Source of the DNA: a virus
Lineage: Duplodnaviria; Caudoviricetes
IMG/VR virus record: IMGVR_UViG_3300036782_000001
Location: 3,754 to 67,753 of that record
Reading direction: 5' to 3' (one strand)
DNA: 64,000 nucleotides
The first letter of the stretch is position 1. Every line of letters begins with the position of its first letter. A program made the translations under genes and the position numbers. A model generated the notes under the pieces. It did not search any database. It was not told where the DNA came from and saw only the letters and a list, made by a program, of their open reading frames with translations. This document shows, piece after piece, positions 61,401 through 64,000 of the stretch.

Positions 61401-64000
61401 TGAGAAGTCCTTATTGAAAAAGGACTGGGATTCTATCGTTGGTGAGTACCCTACAATATCTGCCCAAGCAGATGCATTTGGGGCTACTGCGGAGAAGAAC
61501 AACTATACTGCTGCATATACTAACCTTAAAAATCTTATAGAAGCTCCACTTTCAAATGTTACTACTACATCTCCTGTAAACGGTGCTGACATGAGAAACA
61601 AGTTTAAGGACTATGCTGACAAGAAATCTAAGCTATTAAGATACCTGTCAGATTCAGCTAAGAGTCAGATAGATGGCATTAATGTTGGTGGACGTAACTT
61701 AATCTCTGGTACATCCTTTAAGAATGCTGATGGTTGGACTAGATGGAGTAACCTTGAGACTGTAGGAGTTCGTAATGATGCCTTTAACAACTTTGACTTC
61801 CTAGTAACAGAGACTAAGGTAAATGGAGCTAACTCAACCGTACCTACTGGTACAGCCATAGGTATGAGAGGTACTGCACGTCCATTCCCTGTTAAGAAGG
61901 ATAATCAATATACAGTGTCTATGGTTGTCGCTACTAGTGAGATTGGCAACATGCTTAACTACACATATGTCATGTATAGTGATGGTTCAGGGATTAACCA
62001 AAGAATACCAGACATCAAGGTTGATAGCTTCCCTAAATACAGCCCTATAGCTTCTGGGTCAGCAACTTACTTCTATAAAGTGTCCTTTACTTTCACAGCT
62101 AGTAAGGATGATAAGATAGCCCACCTATTAATAGGTGGATTAGCAGCTAGAGATTTGCCTACTGCTGCTAATAATGCATATGCTTGGATTCGTGTAGCAT
62201 ATCTTAAAGTAGAAGAAGGAAACAGACCTACTGCATGGACACCATCCTTTGAGGATATATTTGGTGACATTAAGTCAGCAGATGACAAGGCACAGGCAGT
62301 ACAGAACTCCGTAAACGATATGTCTGCGGATAACAAAATTACTGCCCTAGAAAAGCACCAAGCAAGTAAGGACTGGGAAGGTGTTAAAGCGGAGTATCCT
62401 ATAGTAGCAGCACAGGCAGATGCATATGGAAAGACTGCTGAAAAGACTGCTTATACCTCTGCTTATACTGCACTGAAAAACTACATCGAACCTATTTTAG
62501 CTAAGCTAAATGAGACTTCTGATATAGATGGTGCTAACTATAGAGGATTATGGAAAAACTACTCGGATACTAAGTCTAAGCTATTGAGAGCAGTTACAGA
62601 TGGTTCTAAGGATGCTATAGACAATATATCTGTTGGTGGCAGAAACTTAATACTAGGCTCTCACAAGGACTTCTCAACAACAGACTATCTAATTAATCAG
62701 TACATGCTAGCTGAAAACTGGGTAGCTGGTCAGGAGTATACTTTTGTAATTAAAGGTACGGTTCCAGCAGGTCAGAAGTTTGGTATATGGATGAATGGTG
62801 GCTCTAACAACGTTGGGTATGCTACTACTGAATATATCAAAGGTGTAACCTATGTTACATTCAAAGCCCTAGCCACAACTGCTGGTAATGAAAGAATCAT
62901 AAATCTGTATAACGTCCCAAGCAACACTACCGCATCTACAGTAGATTGGGTTGCATTATATAGAGGTAATAAGCCTATGGATTGGACACCTGCTCCAGAA
63001 GAGGTACAGGGTAATATCGATAACATCAGTGTTGGTAGCCGTAACTATCTTGCTAATGGTGACTTCAGCACTCCTATAGTTAATGACCCCAACACTGGGT
63101 TTTATGCTAAAGGTGACATCACGGAGATAGTAGACATCTCTACTGAGACTCCACCCCACAAGTTTGCATTACACTGTAAGAATACTGTTGCTAAGAACAA
63201 TGGTCAAAGTAGTATTCCTATTTTCGAGGGTAGTGCTGCTAACGACCTTCTTGGTAAGGAGATTACAGTCAGTCTGTGGATTAAGTATCAGAACGTAACA
63301 AAAGGGGTTAATAGCTGGAATGCTCTACGAGTGGGAGAACTAGTCATAGATTATAAAAGGGCTGATGGGTCTTCTGTATATGGATACCCTTCAGTAGTAG
63401 ACCAAGTAGCTGGTACAAATATGACTTGGAGGAAGGTTTTCGCTACCTTCAAGGTGTCTCATCCAGAAGCTAAGAGTGTCAACAAGATTTCCTTTAAGGC
63501 TATGCTAGAGGGTTGTACAGGAGAGTTCTGGGTTACTGGTCAGAAAGTAGAGGTTGGTAATAAGGTTACTGACTGGACACCGATGCCTGAAGAAGTTAAT
63601 AATGTTATCTCTACCATCACAACTCGCGTTGGCTCTGTAGAGGCTACTACCCAAAACTTAGGTAATGAGCTACGTAATAAAGTTAATAGCACCGATGTGT
63701 TTACTCAGCAAGAGGTACTATCTAAACTTGCTGAAGGTGAAATCTATCTAAGAGGTACTGGTCTAAACCATGGAGGAAACCGAGTACTAAAGGTAAATGG
63801 AGCCACTAAATATGACAGTAATGCTACTCGTGGTTTGCGTTTACTGACTTTGAGTAGGGCAAACCTAGCAACAGTAGAGGACATTAACTATGATGTATAT
63901 GCAAGTGATGCTCAACAGATTGCCCTATCTGATAAGCTGAAATCCTTAGGTAATAACGTCTTGGTCACTCTTACATCTTATGATGCGATTAACATGACTA
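55405..64000 (+). CDS. Giant tail fibre/receptor-binding protein, 3' end outside window (not in ORF track)
   Basis: RBS AAGGAG; MASMKVRLGGKWVTV...; repeated GGRNL...TDWTPAPED modules and helical repeats in one frame; no stop seen before the window end. Confidence 0.85.
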   Translation, partial: MASMKVRLGGKWVTVAGSGGVSQEDLQQVVNEANDYANRLKDLIDDDIKAMEDSMTGLENNINGAFSDGIITKTEARRIQSYINTLQTNKARFDKEYESLISNEYMNENDKQGLLSAKASHDEKFLLLIKAINDAIEDGIATPEESRHVNESFTNYNNAAAVLTSAIYEAIDDIATNKTGKALEEAKTFASQAAEGVKTILNAEVDGVKKSMTDLDEEIKGAFRDGIIQENELSTIKAYLNTLDTSKQGLDKRYESTYNNVDLPAQNKTNLNTVKIDYDRSYNALINTINDAIADQLGTPEEQELINAKFKDYNQKLALLTTQLELAIEAISKTKSSRAEKNAKEYSDQMKGEIAKDIKGVEDANTALKEEIHTSFKDGIIDASEAQKIKSYINLLDNNKKALVERYNELSNNTFISPIAKTTLITKKALFDAKYGLLISEINNAIADGVTTATESQAVDSAFSVYNDAVKEFTNAMEKAADSIAQGKANAAEFNANEYADEASNRLDMIKVRYIKNTITGNSVNAYKHWTEIKAIVKGVNVATSGIVTGSPGVTNLGVVNNDKVDDQFAEDRTAGESFVQIDLGSVKEEIEYLQLWHFYQDARQYNGNKVEVSEDGKKWYTMFSSDKSGTYKESADGFIIPINAGRIYNHTIQRISTTETQITSINGVLKTVVKNTEFEQGMKDSKEHADAVAQAVRSELSNFSNLITTRIDGIEDQVDGNITTWFLSGVPTLTNKPSVDWNTEALKDMHLGDLYYDSATGYCYRFLKDKLIYAWAKITDSDITEAIQKAAKAQDTADGKRRVFVVQPIPPYDPGDLWAQGSGGDLMRCNVAKGEGALYNAGDWGKASKYVDQKAVDDTLNPFVTRLETAESTVTQTAREVGNRVKIDTYNQEITNINTNIGNIDSAQKGTSDKLDKLSIGGRNLLKNSGNFVTVDNWTSGGTSTATLMLDKDDLKISKVGLTAGVHIINPSLQRIEWDASKDYIITIRAKGSASFDLNAGITGDNGANAVFPFASFGNVTTAYKEFTVVFKPKVTGIADFRISTTPIPNGGALWIDWIKVEGGNKPTAWSPAPEDLTDYADISVSQILDASFERGLRFWSAYNATIDVGAPLQSGVTYKTSSDSITGRTALQISDAEGWIYSANAIPVDTSRVYRVRFRVKKTRDVDTGGTNVYAGVATYDKNGVLQSTAPGNHRYCAASGKPLKVADGWQVFEGYITGEGNVTHNQFRPGTAYVKPMFVVDYAKGTGGINIIDLMDFEDVTAQIKAQDYSTGKIDEAKKAQEEYAKAQAEAAKTLANAYADGKITLEEQRAIDDANTKLAQAKAHAEQKAKEAQDAAQGYVDGIEIGGTNTLKNAGFKDSTNNWTVHYSGVSIDPAKEFEGYPTMVSNQTGLVDNQWRGFNSIPQRYPCRQGDKFVASVYTYTENRTGVDQDAVMELSFYDANNNRLAGYPILSILPKANVSWERFTLNAVAPANAVYVTVYCYVRRNGKVWFAKPQLERGTKATAWGLAPEDLVDAIGKIKVGGKNLLIGGESLLINSNNVSVYPITVTKMTEGAVSFNRVKNSKTGTDVNTISVYNTIPFNTISDNLAGKQVTFSHQVRASKAIEGIVMHELYGTSTLKLPASNTKFAVTTDWQTLSVTVDLPSNLSGYTGVRFLLSVFSNMVDQYVDYRPIKIEFGNKATDWTPAPEDVNKLISDVDTKAQNVTGRVDDMSADGRLTPIEKQDARTDWDIIAGEYNNFYTQADAFKITTEKATYKTRYDELNTYLTPLFAKMNETSDIVRTDYRLKFKNYFEAKSALAKAISYASKSQIDNISIGGRNLVIGTSGILLDQTSASIGGAEQGRKNLVVSDSFLMSKGKEITFSADAWASGLDYGTTNSWVGAEIKIDFVDGSASQYINIRNNTLPKGTYDWARFSVTSVINDKPIKSAILYLLARDFKGSIKMRNLKIELGNRPTDWTPAPEDIDQLITDLDSKATTLQNNVDAMSDDNLLTPSEKSLLKKDWDSIVGEYPTISAQADAFGATAEKNNYTAAYTNLKNLIEAPLSNVTTTSPVNGADMRNKFKDYADKKSKLLRYLSDSAKSQIDGINVGGRNLISGTSFKNADGWTRWSNLETVGVRNDAFNNFDFLVTETKVNGANSTVPTGTAIGMRGTARPFPVKKDNQYTVSMVVATSEIGNMLNYTYVMYSDGSGINQRIPDIKVDSFPKYSPIASGSATYFYKVSFTFTASKDDKIAHLLIGGLAARDLPTAANNAYAWIRVAYLKVEEGNRPTAWTPSFEDIFGDIKSADDKAQAVQNSVNDMSADNKITALEKHQASKDWEGVKAEYPIVAAQADAYGKTAEKTAYTSAYTALKNYIEPILAKLNETSDIDGANYRGLWKNYSDTKSKLLRAVTDGSKDAIDNISVGGRNLILGSHKDFSTTDYLINQYMLAENWVAGQEYTFVIKGTVPAGQKFGIWMNGGSNNVGYATTEYIKGVTYVTFKALATTAGNERIINLYNVPSNTTASTVDWVALYRGNKPMDWTPAPEEVQGNIDNISVGSRNYLANGDFSTPIVNDPNTGFYAKGDITEIVDISTETPPHKFALHCKNTVAKNNGQSSIPIFEGSAANDLLGKEITVSLWIKYQNVTKGVNSWNALRVGELVIDYKRADGSSVYGYPSVVDQVAGTNMTWRKVFATFKVSHPEAKSVNKISFKAMLEGCTGEFWVTGQKVEVGNKVTDWTPMPEEVNNVISTITTRVGSVEATTQNLGNELRNKVNSTDVFTQQEVLSKLAEGEIYLRGTGLNHGGNRVLKVNGATKYDSNATRGLRLLTLSRANLATVEDINYDVYASDAQQIALSDKLKSLGNNVLVTLTSYDAINMT

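Noticed and set aside
55869-63159. Many short minus-strand ORFs
   Set aside because: Antisense shadows of the giant + strand fibre gene; the same applies to minus-strand ORFs throughout the window
58000-64000. Diversity-generating retroelement target in the fibre repeats
   Set aside because: No reverse transcriptase in the window and no near-identical repeat pair differing only at adenines

Overview
The window is one continuous + strand segment of a large lytic myovirus of Bacillota, most likely a Bacillus-group host, with Herelleviridae-like (SPO1/A511-like) structural genes. Order: large terminase; a GNAT protein; an odd C-rich/A-tract segment; an HNH-AP2 endonuclease; ~9 kb of small early-type genes; a 944-aa ParB-ParB-DUF3626-like protein; a phage sigma factor; a ~2.3 kb RNA island; a DUF4127-SLH protein; PhoH; a second GNAT protein; a 1086-aa zincin-like protein; then portal, protease, scaffold, major capsid, neck, sheath, tube, frameshifted tail chaperones, tape measure, baseplate, and a >2860-aa repeat tail fibre that runs off the window and is missing from the ORF track. 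The RNA island holds a tRNA-CAU, degenerate tRNAs, a tRNA split by an HNH gene, and several structured ncRNA candidates. Most notable signal: five dispersed proteins share a ~40-aa tag, [ILV]xK|[AG]...LNxGKLxKRxVxVKGxxGxxFxRMQWxxP, that begins with the apparent prohead-protease cleavage signature. It is attached to different enzymatic payloads (two GNATs, an ART-like DUF3626, an HExxH peptidase), and each enzyme is followed by a small partner. This suggests a capsid-loaded, protease-matured effector system. Other highlights are the HNH gene that uses a tRNA's anticodon arm as its RBS and stop codon, a 51-aa portal-motif mimic, and a tandem set of possible tail-tube-fold paralogs. All domain calls are by-eye motif recognition, not database results.
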